A stretch of 63,962 nt of DNA, the filler included, from Octopus bimaculoides (Eukaryota): the NCBI RefSeq assembly GCF_001194135.2. It is 6 parts of 5 records of this genome, joined end to end, with 100 filler letters (N's around TTAATTAATTAA, not from the genome) between each part and the next. Parts side by side here need not be neighbours in the genome. Positions count along the whole stretch, not along the records: positions 21,114 to 40,295 come from NC_068986.1; positions 40,396 to 57,911 come from NC_068982.1; 4 more parts are not named here. One strand, 5' to 3'. Position 1 is the stretch's first letter, and every line of letters starts with the position of its first letter. Of this stretch, positions 37,950 through 50,029 are shown one piece after another. The notes below the pieces were generated by a model, which saw only the letters and a program-made list of their open reading frames with translations, was not told the DNA's origin and did no database searches. A program made the translations under genes and the position numbers.

Positions 37950-38130
37950 CACAGGCGTGGCTGTGTAGTTAAGAAGCTTGCTTTCTAACCATGTAATCAT
38001 GGTTTCAGTCCCTTTGCGCGGCACTTTGGATAAATGTCTTCTACAATAGCCGCCGGATTGACCAAACCCTTGTGAGTGATTTTGGTTGGCGTAAACTGAA
38101 GAAAAGCCCGTTGTGTGTCTGTGTATGTAT
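37950..38130 (+). mobile_element. SINE family A head
   Basis: GGCGTGGCTGTGTAGTTAAGAAGCTTGC...GGTTTCAGTCCC...AAACTGAAGAAAAGCCCG. Confidence 0.7.
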
Positions 38131-38169
38131 GTGATATTTCATCCTTGTTGGAGTTTGAAATCTCACATT

Positions 38170-38530
38170 AACCATGTTTTCAACTGACCACATAGACTGA
38201 CTGACCAACCATGTCGTTATTCGCTACACTCTTATATCACCTAAACACTTCATACTGACTACATCACTAATGCTACACAAGGTCTCTCTAAACAACTCAC
38301 ACTGACCAATGTTTGTTTGACCAAACACTGACCAAGGTCCCAAACACCACACAGTGACCAACGTCCCAAACACCACTCACTGGCCAAGGTCCCAAACACC
38401 ACTCACTGGCCAAAGTTCGTCTGACCTCACTGACCATGTGGTTATTGACCTAACCATATCGCTATTGACCACGCACTGACCACGTCTCTAAACACCACAC
38501 ACACTGACCAACTCTCGATTGACTATACGC
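38170..38530. repeat. Degenerate CTGACCA minisatellite with a 24-bp core unit
   Basis: CACTG(A/G)CCAAGGTCCCAAACACCAC(T/A) in 3-4 good copies plus decayed flanks. Confidence 0.8.
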
Positions 38531-38976
38531 TGACAAAAGCTCATATCAAAAGAATAATTTAATATCTAGTTGCTTTGAAGTGTCTATAAATGTATATAAA
38601 ACCTTTTAATTAGCATCTAGTTAATTAAATACATTATAGTATTTTAATTAATATTTGTTTGTATAAACATGGGTATATCCATGAATTATAAAATTTGAGA
38701 TTCCTTCTCTTCAACATGGGTTTGTGTGTATGTATGTGTGTGTGTGTTACATGTATGCATATATATATGTATGCATATACACGCACGCGCATATTTAGAT
38801 ATACATTAAAACACGTATATATGTGTGGTTCTGTGTATTTATATGCATACATATGTACATATATACGAATATAATGTATACCTGCATATATAGACATATA
38901 TTTGTATACATTTGTATTTGTGCATACATATCTGCATGTGTATACGCACACACAAAATTAAGCACACACACACACA

Positions 38977-39008
<32 letters not shown>

Positions 39009-39041
39009 TACATATAAGCATACACGCCATCTACATATATA

Positions 39042-39268
39042 TATGAGGAAGTGCTGAAAAGTTCCTGGCTTTGGGTAAGAGAAAAACCGTAGGATCAGTT
39101 AATTATGATTTTATTTAATATATTACCCTCTTAGATTCACACACTTATTGTAGTGGTCCTTCAGTTTTTCTAAGCCCTGTTAAAGAACTCGGAAGGTTGA
39201 GCTTCCAACCAGGCCTTTCGCGACACCCTTAAATTAAAACCAGGGACTTTTCAACACCTCTTCGCATA
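39042..39268. mobile_element. Mariner-type MITE
   Basis: Imperfect TIRs TA-TGAGGAAGTGCTGAAAAGTTCCTGGC / CCAGGGACTTTTCAACACCTCTTCGCA-TA. Confidence 0.7.
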
Positions 39269-39659
39269 TGTTTATTCATTTATACAGATACACAGACATA
39301 TATATACACATACGCACGAATTAAACTCTATTAACGAATTCTCAACAACGCTAGTAATTGAATGAACCAGAATAGTTTACCTAACCATATTGCATTGTTA
39401 TAAACAACGAGCCTCGTCGAAATAGTCTAATTGTTATGTTGTTAGTTAATTAATAGCTGTCGATAAAATATACCTGATTGACCCCCACATAGTTAATATA
39501 TTGATATAATAATAATACGCCGTCTATATCAATGAAATAAAGCTGACAATCACGTCGTGTTTATATAGATTTGTTTAGTGAAGCCAGCTTTACTGCTGTT
39601 ACTATCTTGTCTGTGAATCCATATCAACCAGCAGTACACACTCACACAACAGATATGTA

Positions 39660-39690
<31 letters not shown>

Positions 39691-39904
39691 TGTGTGCATG
39701 TCAAGATACCACCGATTAAACACCGGTATTATGTAGTAAAAAAAAAAAGTATATGTTTATATATATATATAAAAGGTTAATCAATAATGAAGCAATCAAT
39801 GAATATAGATCGATAAAATAAGTGGCAGACAGAAAATACAAAGCTTAATACGATTGACTTAAGCATTACTTGAAATTGGTGCCCCTGTGGCCGCAAATGA
39901 GCGA

Positions 39905-40295
39905 CGGATATCTGTCTGTCTGTCTGTCTGTCTGTCTATCCATCCATCTCTCTATCCGTCCATCTATCTGTCTATCCATCCATCTATCTATCTGTCTATC
40001 CATCCATCTATCTATCTGTCTATCCATCCATCTATCTATCTGTCTATCTATCCATCCATATATCTATGTCTATCCATCTATCCGCCTATCCATCCATCTA
40101 TCTATCTGTCCGTCTATCCATCTATCACTCTGCCGTCTATCTCTCTGCCTACCCATCTATCTCTCTGCCTACCCGTCTATCCATCTAGCTATCCGTCTAT
40201 CCATCTAGCTATCCGTCTATCCATCTAGCTATCCGTCTATCCATCTAGCTATCCGTCTATCCATCTAGCTATCCGTCTATCCATCTAGCTATCCG
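39905..40295. repeat. TCTG/ATCC/ATCT microsatellite grading into a perfect 20-bp minisatellite
   Basis: CCGTCTATCCATCTAGCTAT repeated about 6 times at 40172-40295. Confidence 0.9.
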
Positions 40296-40395
40296 NNNNN
40301 NNNNNNNNNNNNNNNNNNNNNNNNNNNNNNNNNNNNNNNTTAATTAATTAANNNNNNNNNNNNNNNNNNNNNNNNNNNNNNNNNNNNNNNNNNNN
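40296..40395. other. Assembly spacer
   Basis: Same layout. Confidence 0.95.
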
Positions 40396-40735
40396 GTTGC
40401 ATCACAGAACTCCAGCAGTCTGGTTCCCTCCTCGTTGCGGGAACCGAAGCCATAGCCTCCATGTATGCTATGGAAGCCTCCAGCACGACGTCCGACATGA
40501 CCATTGAAGTCTCCAGCCACAAAGAGAAGGTCCCTGTCACTCGTCGACGAGGTAGTTTGCAAGAGGGTGTCATAGAATTGGTCTTTCAGACCATCTGGTA
40601 GCCCCGGTTGAGGTGCATAGGCTGAGATGACAGTAGCTAATCTATGATGAAGCACTAGTCTAATCTTAAGTACTCTGTCACTTACTCTAACGACCTCGAT
40701 TACCTTATCCACCCATTTCTCCGAAGAATATCCAC
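40396..40735 (-). mobile_element. Young RTE LINE, AP-endonuclease segment
   Basis: Uninterrupted EKWVDKVIEVVRVSDR...ISAYAPQ...VAGDFNGHVG...NEEGTRLLEFCDA, running into the spacer. Confidence 0.9.
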
Positions 40736-40917
40736 TAGGTAAAATTTGGATGTTACTCTCCACACATTGTTAAAACAGCAAGAGGGAATAAACAGCATTC
40801 TCAATATGACGATTTCATGCTAATTATGGGCTCTAGAAAACTTATGTAGCTCAATTCAGTGCATTTTTCATAGAAATGTGTTTACTTAGTAATTAGTCCA
40901 TTTCTTGAAATTCTGGC

Positions 40918-41089
40918 TCAAACTCTATACTTGAAGCCTTGGATTGATGTTGTTTGACCTCTTGTCACATGGGAATACATCAGTTTGATGAGCAGTGTCA
41001 GTATACCACCCTCTTTACTAATTTTGCATTTTTTCACCATATTGTGGCCAGATTTGGCAATGACCATATTCAATTCATGAGAAATTTTT
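40918..41089 (-). CDS. Possible terminal exon F of the minus-strand gene
   Basis: ttttatatcataagatag acceptor, phase-2 frame KISHELNMVIAK...QGFKYRV*; supported only by phase fit. Confidence 0.25.
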
Positions 41090-41409
41090 CTATCTTATGA
41101 TATAAAAGTCTTAAAGAAAATATCTTTTTTTCTATGTGGAACTTAATGATAAGATTTTCACTTTTATATTTCATAACAATTATTTGACCTACTCCATCAA
41201 TTTTTATATCAAACTTTGAAAATTGGTGGAAATACTATAGTGATTGAGGAAGCTGGCATGATATGTATCAGATTTTGATCAAAACTATGTGAAAAGAAAG
41301 CTGACATCCAGAACTTTTAAATGATATATAATTTTCCATGGAAAAAATATATTTTAACATGAAATTATCAAGCAAAAAGTGTGTTTTTCCATGGTGAAAC
41401 TGTCATGTA

Positions 41410-41690
41410 ACCATTCACTCAGTTTTCTCACTATGCTGAGTCTCCGTAGCTCACAGCATATCATCCTATGGTCAACCTTATCGAAGACGTTTGCAAAATC
41501 AAGACATATCACATCTAAGTTTGAGCAATTCATTAGTGTTTCAACACTCAGTCATAATGTTGCAAAAGCTATGTAAGGCAGCTTCTTCCTGAGTGGAAGC
41601 CAAGCTAGGTGTCAGAGAGCAAGTCATTATCTTCAAGGAATGCATTTGGTTTACTCCTGATAATGCATTCTATGTTTACAACCAACAATT
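41410..41690 (-). mobile_element. CR1/Jockey-type LINE reverse transcriptase relic
   Basis: GFHSGRSCLT*LLQHYD...LDVICLDFANVFDKVDH with stops. Confidence 0.75.
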
Positions 41691-41756
41691 TTCATCACAC
41701 CAAGATAGAATTACCATTTTTAGCCTATTTTGAAAAATATCTTTAGAATTACTCAC

Positions 41757-41765
41757 TTTATCCAA
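41757..41765 (-). CDS. Candidate 9-nt microexon
   Basis: cttcatattttag|TTGGATAAA|gtgagt; preserves phase 2 after exon D. Confidence 0.35.
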
Positions 41766-42089
41766 CTAAAATATGAAGAATAATTCAATTAATATATTAT
41801 GCATTTCTTAGAAGAGTTAATTTCAACTTTTTCCATATGCAACAATTGGTAATTTTATTGCTCTCTTTATTAAATAACTTAGAAAATAAAATTTCTGAAG
41901 AATTATGCTTTAAATAGTTGAAACCAAAAAAAAAAAATTAGAAAAAGAACATTAATTTGGTCTAATTTTACAGTTCTTCTGGTGCTTACAGCTTGGCAAA
42001 TTAGACCAGTGAAAGTCAAGTGTCAAGGTCATAGTGTGAATAGAATAGCACCTTCTTGACTGAGCATACAACCATTAAAATATACTTAC

Positions 42090-42226
42090 TCATTTGTGTC
42101 AATAGCAAGAGATGTCTTTGAGAAGATTTCATTTATATCTCCATTACTAGGAGCTTCTGCTTTACTTTCTGTATTTAGCAGCATTTGATTAGAATTGATA
42201 CCCAGTGGTACTGCATGTGGACTTGT
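42090..42226 (-). CDS. Candidate exon D of the unidentified minus-strand gene
   Basis: Long poly-T ttcttttag acceptor, GA|GTAAGT donor, 137 nt phase 0/2, open only as TSPHAVPLGINSNQMLLNTESKAEAPSNGDINEIFSKTSLAIDTN. Confidence 0.5.
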
Positions 42227-42424
42227 CTAAAAGAACAGTAAAAAAAAAAAAAATTAGCAAAAGCATTTCTAACATTATATCACTTACTTATTTTATAATC
42301 ATTTTAACATTTATTTCGAAGTCACTTTTGTCTCAGTTTTTGGCTGGCTGCAGTTTCACAATTTATACTGGTTGCTTATTTTCAAAATCCTTAACATTTG
42401 GAATTCCATTTTCCTATTAGGTCA

Positions 42425-42862
42425 CATCATCATCATTTAATGTCTTTTCTTCTCCAAACTGGCATGGGTTGAATGGCTTGATAAGGACAGACAAATCAGG
42501 GGGCTCTGCCTGGTTTGGTATGGTTCCTATAGCTGGATGCTCTTCCTAATACCAACTACTTAACAGAGTACTGGGTGCTTTTTACACGACATCAGCACCA
42601 GTGAGGTTGCCAAATAGCTGCAAGATAAGTCCTCTCAACTGAGCTGGGTATAGAATAGAGGAATAAGAGCCTATGATAGGAGAGGAGCAGATTATTTTGC
42701 TGAAGATGTGAATAGATGGCTTGTCTATCTGGAAAGTGAGAAGGAGAAAGAATGAGAGAAAGAATCAGATGTAAGTTCCAGGTACAATGTGAATGAGACA
42801 GAAGAGGTGGATGTATAGTTAAGCACACTGAGTGAAAATAGTGTGACAGATGATAGAGAGGA
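42425..42862 (-). mobile_element. RTE LINE 3' UTR and (ATG)n tail
   Basis: CATCATCATCATTTAATGTC...GCATGGGTTG; reverse complement of about 44700-45275. Confidence 0.7.
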
Positions 42863-45275
42863 GAAGGTGGGGACATATAGCTTAGAGCAAGGGTTTTCAA
42901 ACTTTTTGACTTGCGGACCCCTTTATATTTCAGGCTTTACCTTAGGGACCCCCTTATAAACGCTTATGAAATTTATACATAAATATTTGCTTAAAATAAC
43001 ATTTTTACATTTATTTATTTAACAGGATTTAACAAATAGGTTTACTGTCAATTAAAAGATTTCGATTAAAAAACATATAAAATCAAATTGCCCATAAAAA
43101 GTATTTGCTGTCTACAGACCCCGTCTTGTCCTTGCGGACCCCCTGTGGTCCGCGGACCACAGTTTGAAAACCCCTGGCTTAGAGGACAATTGGAAGTTCC
43201 TGTAGGACAATCTACTGGTGGAGGGTGGGGGGGCACTGACCAAATCTTGGCTGGTGCAAAGTCCCAGCTAGAACATGAGTGGAGAAGGTGGATAGTGCTA
43301 TAAAAGCAAAGAGACTGGCCTGGAAAGACTGGAAAAATAGTGGAGCCAGAAGGAAAGCTAGATGACAGATTTACATAGCAAAATGAATAGCAGAAGGTAA
43401 GAGGTTTGCCAATGTTTTACAACATGAAGATCAGAGGTGGGAGGAGTTCAGGATTGCAAAGCAGTGTATCAAAGAGAACAGAGATGTGCTGGGTGAGAAA
43501 TGTGTGTGAATGGATAAGGGTATGCTTGCACTTAGTGACTTAGAGAAGAAAGATGTGTGGAAGTGTCAATATGAAAAGTTATTAAATGTGGAAAATATAT
43601 GGGAGAAGGAGAGAGTCTTTCAAATATCAAACCAATTGAGGGACCAGCCATCAGAGTTGATAGTACAATAGACAAGGCAATTAAGAAAATGAAGGCCGGG
43701 AAAGCCCCTGGACCATTGGGTATAACTGCCAAAATGATTAAAATATCTGGCAGTGTGGGATACAGCCTAGTCACTCATATAGTTAATCAGGTTATTCAGG
43801 AAGGTATCATCCCCAATGACTGGTGAAGTAGTATTATAGCTAGCTGCTATAAGGATAAAGGTGATGCCTTAGATAGAAACAACTACAGAGGTATGAAACT
43901 GCTGGACCAGGTCATGTAAGTTACAGAGAAAGTTATAGTTCAAGTGATTTGGAATAAAATTAAACTAGATGAGATGCAATTTGGTTTTGTTCCTGGGAGG
44001 AGTACCACAGATGCAATCTTCCTAGTGAGACAGTTGCAAGAAAAGTATTTGACCAAAAGTAAACCATTGTACTTAGCTTTCATCAACCTGGAAACAGCTT
44101 TTGAAAGAGTTCCCCGCTCTGTTATCTGGTGGTCTCTAAGGAAGCTAGGAGTAGAGGGGTAGATTGTTAGAGCTGTACAAACTATGTAGAGTGGTACTGA
44201 AAGTGGATGGTACCTGTAGAAAAGGGAGACCAAGGAAGACAGATGAAGTGGTGAGGGCTGATTTCAGGATGTTAGTGCTTATGAAGGAAATGAAAATGGA
44301 CCTAGATGTCTGGCAATATGAGGTTCTAGAGAAGACCCACCCACATCAATAAAACTGAGTGCTAGAAGCATGTCCCACCCACATGTAACAATAAAATTTT
44401 CACACACCCTACCCTAAGAAACCAAACTACATCATCCCTTCTAAACTGCATCTTTTTCTTTCTCACATTTCCTCTTCATACATTATGATTGTCTCCCATT
44501 CCCCATCCTTGCCCTCACTGCCCTGCTCACTGTATCACTGCTTCCCCACCTCCCACTTTATATCCACGTTCTCACTAATCACTGTAATCCCACCCCCTAC
44601 TCACGCCTTCTTGCCAATACCTGGCCACATGTATCATGACCCCCGTACCGAGGGCATGCCCTGGCAACTGCCAACATTTATCTCTCTCTTCCTTACTTTA
44701 CCATCCTATCTATGCTCTGATCCCTGTTCCTTGTGAGTATACCCTGGTACTTCACCACCCTCTCTCTCCTGCTCTGCCTTGCACTTTTACTGTCTCCCAC
44801 TCTCTTTCATCCTTGCTCTTCCATCTAGATAGGTAACCAAGTATCTCTTTTACATCAGCACACCTGTTTCTGACCTCTTTCTTGTTACCCCACTTTCCTA
44901 TTCTCTCTCTCTGGACAGATAACCATGTACCTCCTCTCTAGCAAGAAACCTGTTTTTGTGTGTCTGTCACACACTAACCTTTCATTATCTGACACAAGAT
45001 CACCTCCTCCCCTCTTAAAATTCTTTGTCTTGAAGTTACTTGGTGACTCTTCTGGTGCTGGCGCCACATAAAAAGCATTCAGTTCACACTGTGAAGTGGT
45101 TGTCATTTGGAAGGAGATCCAGCTGTAAAAACCATGCCAAAACTGACCTAACCTGCGCTGGTGCCACATGAAAAGCACTCAGTGCACTCTGCAGGGTGGT
45201 TAGTGGCTGGCTCCTGTCAAACTGTCCAACCCATGCCAGCATGGCAGGCAGACATTAAATGATGATGATGATGAT
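42863..45275 (+). mobile_element. 5'-truncated, internally deleted RTE LINE with 3' UTR and (GAT)n tail
   Basis: LEDNWKFL, KMKAGKAPG, KGDALDRNNYRG, MQFGFVPGRSTTDAIFLVRQLQEK, AFERVPRSVIWWSLRKLG, then directly GTCRKGRPRKT; several stops. Confidence 0.92.
42888..43176. mobile_element. hAT-type MITE (289 bp)
   Basis: 16-bp TIRs CAAGGGTTTTCAAACT / AGTTTGAAAACCCCTG (1 mismatch); perfect 8-bp TSD GCTTAGAG at 42880-42887 and 43177-43184. Confidence 0.92.
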
Positions 45276-45419
45276 TAGAGATAGGGAATGAGTTGGATGC
45301 AGAGGTTATCAGTCCAGTGTAGGGAAAAGTACAGAAAATATGGTAACAGAGAAGATTGATGGAAGAGTGGGTGTCAGAAGATGAGTTGTTACGGAAGGTT
45401 TGATGGAATTTCATTTCTG

Positions 45420-47330
45420 CTGAGATGGACAGCTCTTCTCAAGCACAGTATATCACCATTCATCCTAATCCTTCATCTACTCCGAGAGACCACTTTGTCC
45501 CACATCTACCACAGGTTTCTTCCATGTTTAATGATTGGTACTTCTTAATACAACTGGCCTCATCCATTTGCATCATATTCATCTACTTCTTGCTTTCACA
45601 GTAACCACCAGATGAGTACTTAGCAAAAGGTGATTTATTTTTTCTAAATACTTCTGTAATTACTGAACTACAGAAAGAATATTAGTAGTGCTTCTCTGGC
45701 ATGAAACTAAACAGCATCTCATCTAGGTTAACTCTCTAGTTAGCTGACCTATGGGTTTTTCAGTGACTTTTGTAACCTGGTCCAGTTATTTGATACCTTT
45801 GTAATTACTTCTTTCTGAGGAGAGGAATCTCCTTTACCCTTGTAACAGTTGACTATAATGCTGCTACACCAATTATTGGGTATGATGCCTTCCTATACAA
45901 CCTGATTAACTATAAAAATGACTAGGTCTATCCTACACTGCCAGATATTTTAAGCATTTTAAGGGTCATTCCTGATGGACCAGGGATTTTCTCAGTCATC
46001 ATTTTCATAAGTTTATAACACTACTATCAACATGAATGCCTGGACCAAGATTTCTCACATACACTTTCCACATTTAAAAACCATTCATAATAATACTTGC
46101 ATGCCTCCTTTCCAGGATCACTAGAAGCAAGCATGCCATCAACCTTCCATACACATTACTCCCCTACATCTCAATTTGTTCCTTGCAAACTGGAACACCT
46201 CATACCTTTGATCCTTGTGGTGTAGAGCATTGGCAAACCTCTTCTTTTCTAGCTCTCCCTTTGCTAAATAGAGCTGTCTTCTAGCTACCTGATAAAGTTC
46301 TCTGCTGTCCCTATTATTCCAAATCTTCCAACACTGCCACTTCACATTTTATTGCTCTCTCTACTTCCCTGTTCCACCACCACATCACCCTAAATCTGGC
46401 TGGAATTCCTTTTCATCAAATGCTTTTATTAGTAGGCCATTAAATTTCTGACTGTTTGAAGGATCCCTAAACTTCCAGGTCTTCCTTTACTAGATTGGTT
46501 CACATTTATGAAACCCTCTAGCTGTATGTCGGAAGTCACAACTAACCTATGTTGGAAAAAACAGTCTTCCGTAGGAGAGGATTTTGCATTCATAAGCGTC
46601 TAACTAACCTGTTTTCTGGTGAGAATGCTGTCAATCTGGCTTTTGTGTGCACTAAATTCATAGGTGATTAAGTGGCTGAGTTTTCTGAAGTTAGTGTTGC
46701 AGATCAAGAAGTCATTAGCATCACAAAATTCAATCAGCCTTGTTTCCTCCTCATTTCCAGAATCACAGCCACAACCTCTATGTTAACTATGAAATCCAAT
46801 GGAGTACTGCCTAACATGTCTGTTGAAATCACCAGCCACAGTAGTGAAGTCATTGTCATCCATCATCAAGGTATTTTCTGAAAGGACTCATAGAAGTGAT
46901 CCTTCAGTTCATCTGTCAGTCCAAGTTGTGGGGTATATGCTGAGTTAAATATTACTGTTGTATAATCTAATACTAATCTTAGCTTAACAATTCTATCACA
47001 CACACTGGCTACCTCAACCACTTTATATAGACATTTCTCTGCTAAGAGTATGCCTACACCTCAACACTTTCACTGCTACCTACCCAGAAGAATTTATACC
47101 TCTGTTTCCTATCAAAGAGAAGTCTAGTAGAGGTTTCTCTCCATCTCATCACTTGTACAAAGCACACATCTACACATATGTGCTCTAACATTTCAACAAT
47201 CTCACTGGACAGGCCTTTCATTGTGCAACGTTCAGCGTGGTAGCCGGAGAAAGCAGACTTTGGAACAGTGAGTAATATTGGTTTAAATTTCTGGAAAAAT
47301 GTTGATAAGCATCTGTGACCAGGTAATGAG
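45420..47330 (-). mobile_element. Old RTE LINE relic (endonuclease to start of RT)
   Basis: EIVEMLEHICVDVCFVQVMRWR...YKFFWVG; ARRQLYLAKGE.EKKRFAN; heavily broken. Confidence 0.8.
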
Positions 47331-47623
47331 TCTTTCAAAATAGCTTATGAAAACAGATACTTATTTCTCAAGGACTGACACATTTCCCTCAATCTCTCCA
47401 AGAGTATCAATGGTATGTGTATGACATGTAAACAGGCATACAGGGGCTGGACAAAATAATGGAAATACCTAGCATCATAGCATCATAATTTTGAAATACC
47501 TATAAAACCATCAAAAACTTGTTTCTTTTTGTTTTTTCATTTATTATTAGTGTTGCTTAATATGTTTTGCTAATATTGCTGTTTCTTTTCAGATATCAGA
47601 AAAGGTAATTAAAATTCATTAAA

Positions 47624-48364
47624 ATCACAGATCTATCGGACTTTCAAAGAGGTCAAATTGTTGGTGCTCATATGGCGTATCAAGAAGTACTGAGAAAGAG
47701 GGAAAAACCGCCTCGTCAAAACAAACATTGCAAAGCGTTTAGAGTGGAGTAAAAAAAACCTACAGAATTCGTCCCTAGAGCAGTGGAAGCATGTTATTTT
47801 CTCAGACAAGTCATCCTTTACCTTATTTTCAACCACCAGCCGAGTATACGTGTGGAGACAGCCAAAAGACGCATTTGACCAAGGCTGCTTTCTTTCAGCT
47901 GTTAAACATGGAGGAGGATCTGTGATAATCTGGGGGGGGGGGGCTATTGGAAATCTGCTGGCCCAATGGTTTCTCTTTATGACAGAATTAAGCATTTTAT
48001 CTGATCAAATTCATCCTATGGTTGCGGAACTGTTTCTGGAGGGAAACGCAATCTTTCAGGATGGTAATGCACCAATTCACACAGATAAAGTAGTTATTGA
48101 ATGGCACGAGGAACATTCTAGTGAAGTTGAACATCTTATCTGGTCACCACAGTCCCCAGATCTCAATATTATTGACCATTTATGGTGCATTTTACAAAAA
48201 CAAGTAAGGAGTTGAAATCCTCCACTATCTTCAATACAAGAATTAGAGACTGTTTTAGCTGAAGAATGGACAAAAATTCGTTTGAAAAAAATTCAAACTT
48301 TGTACAAGTCCATACCTCATAGAATTCAAGCTGTAATTACTGCCAAAGGCAGTCCTACTCCATA
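47624..48364 (+). pseudogene. Tc1 transposase relic
   Basis: TDLSDFQRGQIVGA, VIFSDKS, VKHGGGSVIIWG, FQDGNAPIH, WSPQSPDLNIIDHLW, AKGSPTPY; start codon lost, a deletion, frameshifts and altered second D and E. Confidence 0.9.
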
Positions 48365-49812
48365 TCTTCTAATATATAAAATAGAGATGTCTGTGTATTA
48401 GCTTTTCACGTGAAATCGACTTCACCAAATGCTTCCATACTTGTGATGCATGAATAATTTGACCTCGGATAAATGTTAGGCTCTTCATTTGATTTTTTTT
48501 ATTAAATATAAATAATATTAATTCTCTAAATGAAGTATTAACAGTAACTGCACGATAAAGTGTAGTATATTGCCACTTAAGTGTGGCTGACCCCTAGGGG
48601 TGGATGTTACTGTTGCTTTTAGCCCCAGGAGGACATCTCCTCCAGCTGGCTTATCGACACACGACTGTGTCCTGTTTGCCAAGGGAAGTTATCCCTCTCA
48701 CCATGATCTGTAGCACGAACGGATCCGGATTTCAGGGTTATTTCCCTTCGTCGGCGTTCGATAGCCACTGACCCTGGTGAGAGAGACAAAATCCTGGCAA
48801 TCTTATATCTACTTTTCCNNNNNNNNNNNNNNNNNNNNNNNNNNNNNNNNNNNNNNNNNNNNNNNNNNNNNNNNNNNNNNNNNNNNNNNNNNNNNNNNNN
48901 NNNNNNNNNNNNNNNNNNNNNNNNNNNNNNNNNNNNNNNNNNNNNNNNNNNNNNNNNNNNNNNNNNNNNNNNNNNNNNNNNNNNNNNNNNNNNNNNNNNN
49001 NNNNNNNNNNNNNNNNNNNNNNNNNNNNNNNNNNNNNNNNNNNNNNNNNNNNNNNNNNNNNNNNNNNNNNNNNNNNNNNNNNNNNNNNNNNNNNNNNNNN
49101 NNNNNNNNNNNNNNNNNNNNNNNNNNNNNNNNNNNNNNNNNNNNNNNNNNNNNNNNNNNNNNNNNNNNNNNNNNNNNNNNNNNNNNNNNNNNNNNNNNNN
49201 NNNNNNNNNNNNNNNNNNNNNNNNNNNNNNNNNNNNNNNNNNNNNNNNNNNNNNNNNNNNNNNNNNNNNNNNNNNNNNNNNNNNNNNNNNNNNNNNNNNN
49301 NNNNNNNNNNNNNNNNNNNNNNNNNNNNNNNNNNNNNNNNNNNNNNNNNNNNNNNNNNNNNNNNNNNNNNNNNNNNNNNNNNNNNNNNNNNNNNNNNNNN
49401 NNNNNNNNNNNNNNNNNNNNNNNNNNNNNNNNNNNNNNNNNNNNNNNNNNNNNNNNNNNNNNNNNNNNNNNNNNNNNNNNNNNNNNNNNNNNNNNNNNNN
49501 NNNNNNNNNNNNNNNNNNNNNNNNNNNNNNNNNNNNNNNNNNNNTTTATTTCAATTACTCTTGTGAGGATATTCACGTAAATCATTTTTATCATTTAATC
49601 CCCACTTTAATTTTCGTAAAAGTTTCCAAGTACCAATGAGGCTTTTTGGCGCATCTTCAATTTTCCCATTCATGAGAGGCGTCCAGCCATCATTCATCTG
49701 AGAGTCCATCTACAGAATGTCCTCAAATTTCTATACAGCATATTTTGCTTTTTTTTCATCCAGTATATAAGCAACAATTTCATTCCCGGGCAACGCCGGG
49801 TGCCTCTGCTAG
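48365..49812 (+). mobile_element. Non-autonomous Helitron inserted in the Tc1
   Basis: 5' TCTTCTAATATATAAAA; 3' hairpin CCCGG-GCAACG-CCGGG (49785-49800) then CTAG; A|T target; RepHel fragment NEAFWRIFNFPIHERRPAIIHLRVHLQN at 49635-49718; gap at 48819-49544. Confidence 0.9.
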
Positions 49813-50029
49813 TTAAAATTAATTTGTTTGAAATTTTAAGGTGTTTCCATTATTTTGTCCAACCCCTGTATATGAACACACATCCCATATATGACTAACA
49901 CATATATCACCATAACCAACTATATATAAACATACAAAAGTACACATTCATATATGCGCTTCCTACATAAACACATACATATATATCCATTTCACACATG
50001 TACAGGATATCTAGACATGAACACAAATA

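Larger units (their letters stand above)
47441..49868 (+). mobile_element. Tc1-family DNA transposon
   Basis: 30-bp TIRs CAGGGGCTGGACAAAATAATGGAAATACCT / AGGTGTTTCCATTATTTTGTCCAACCCCTG (2 mismatches), TA on both sides. Confidence 0.93.
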
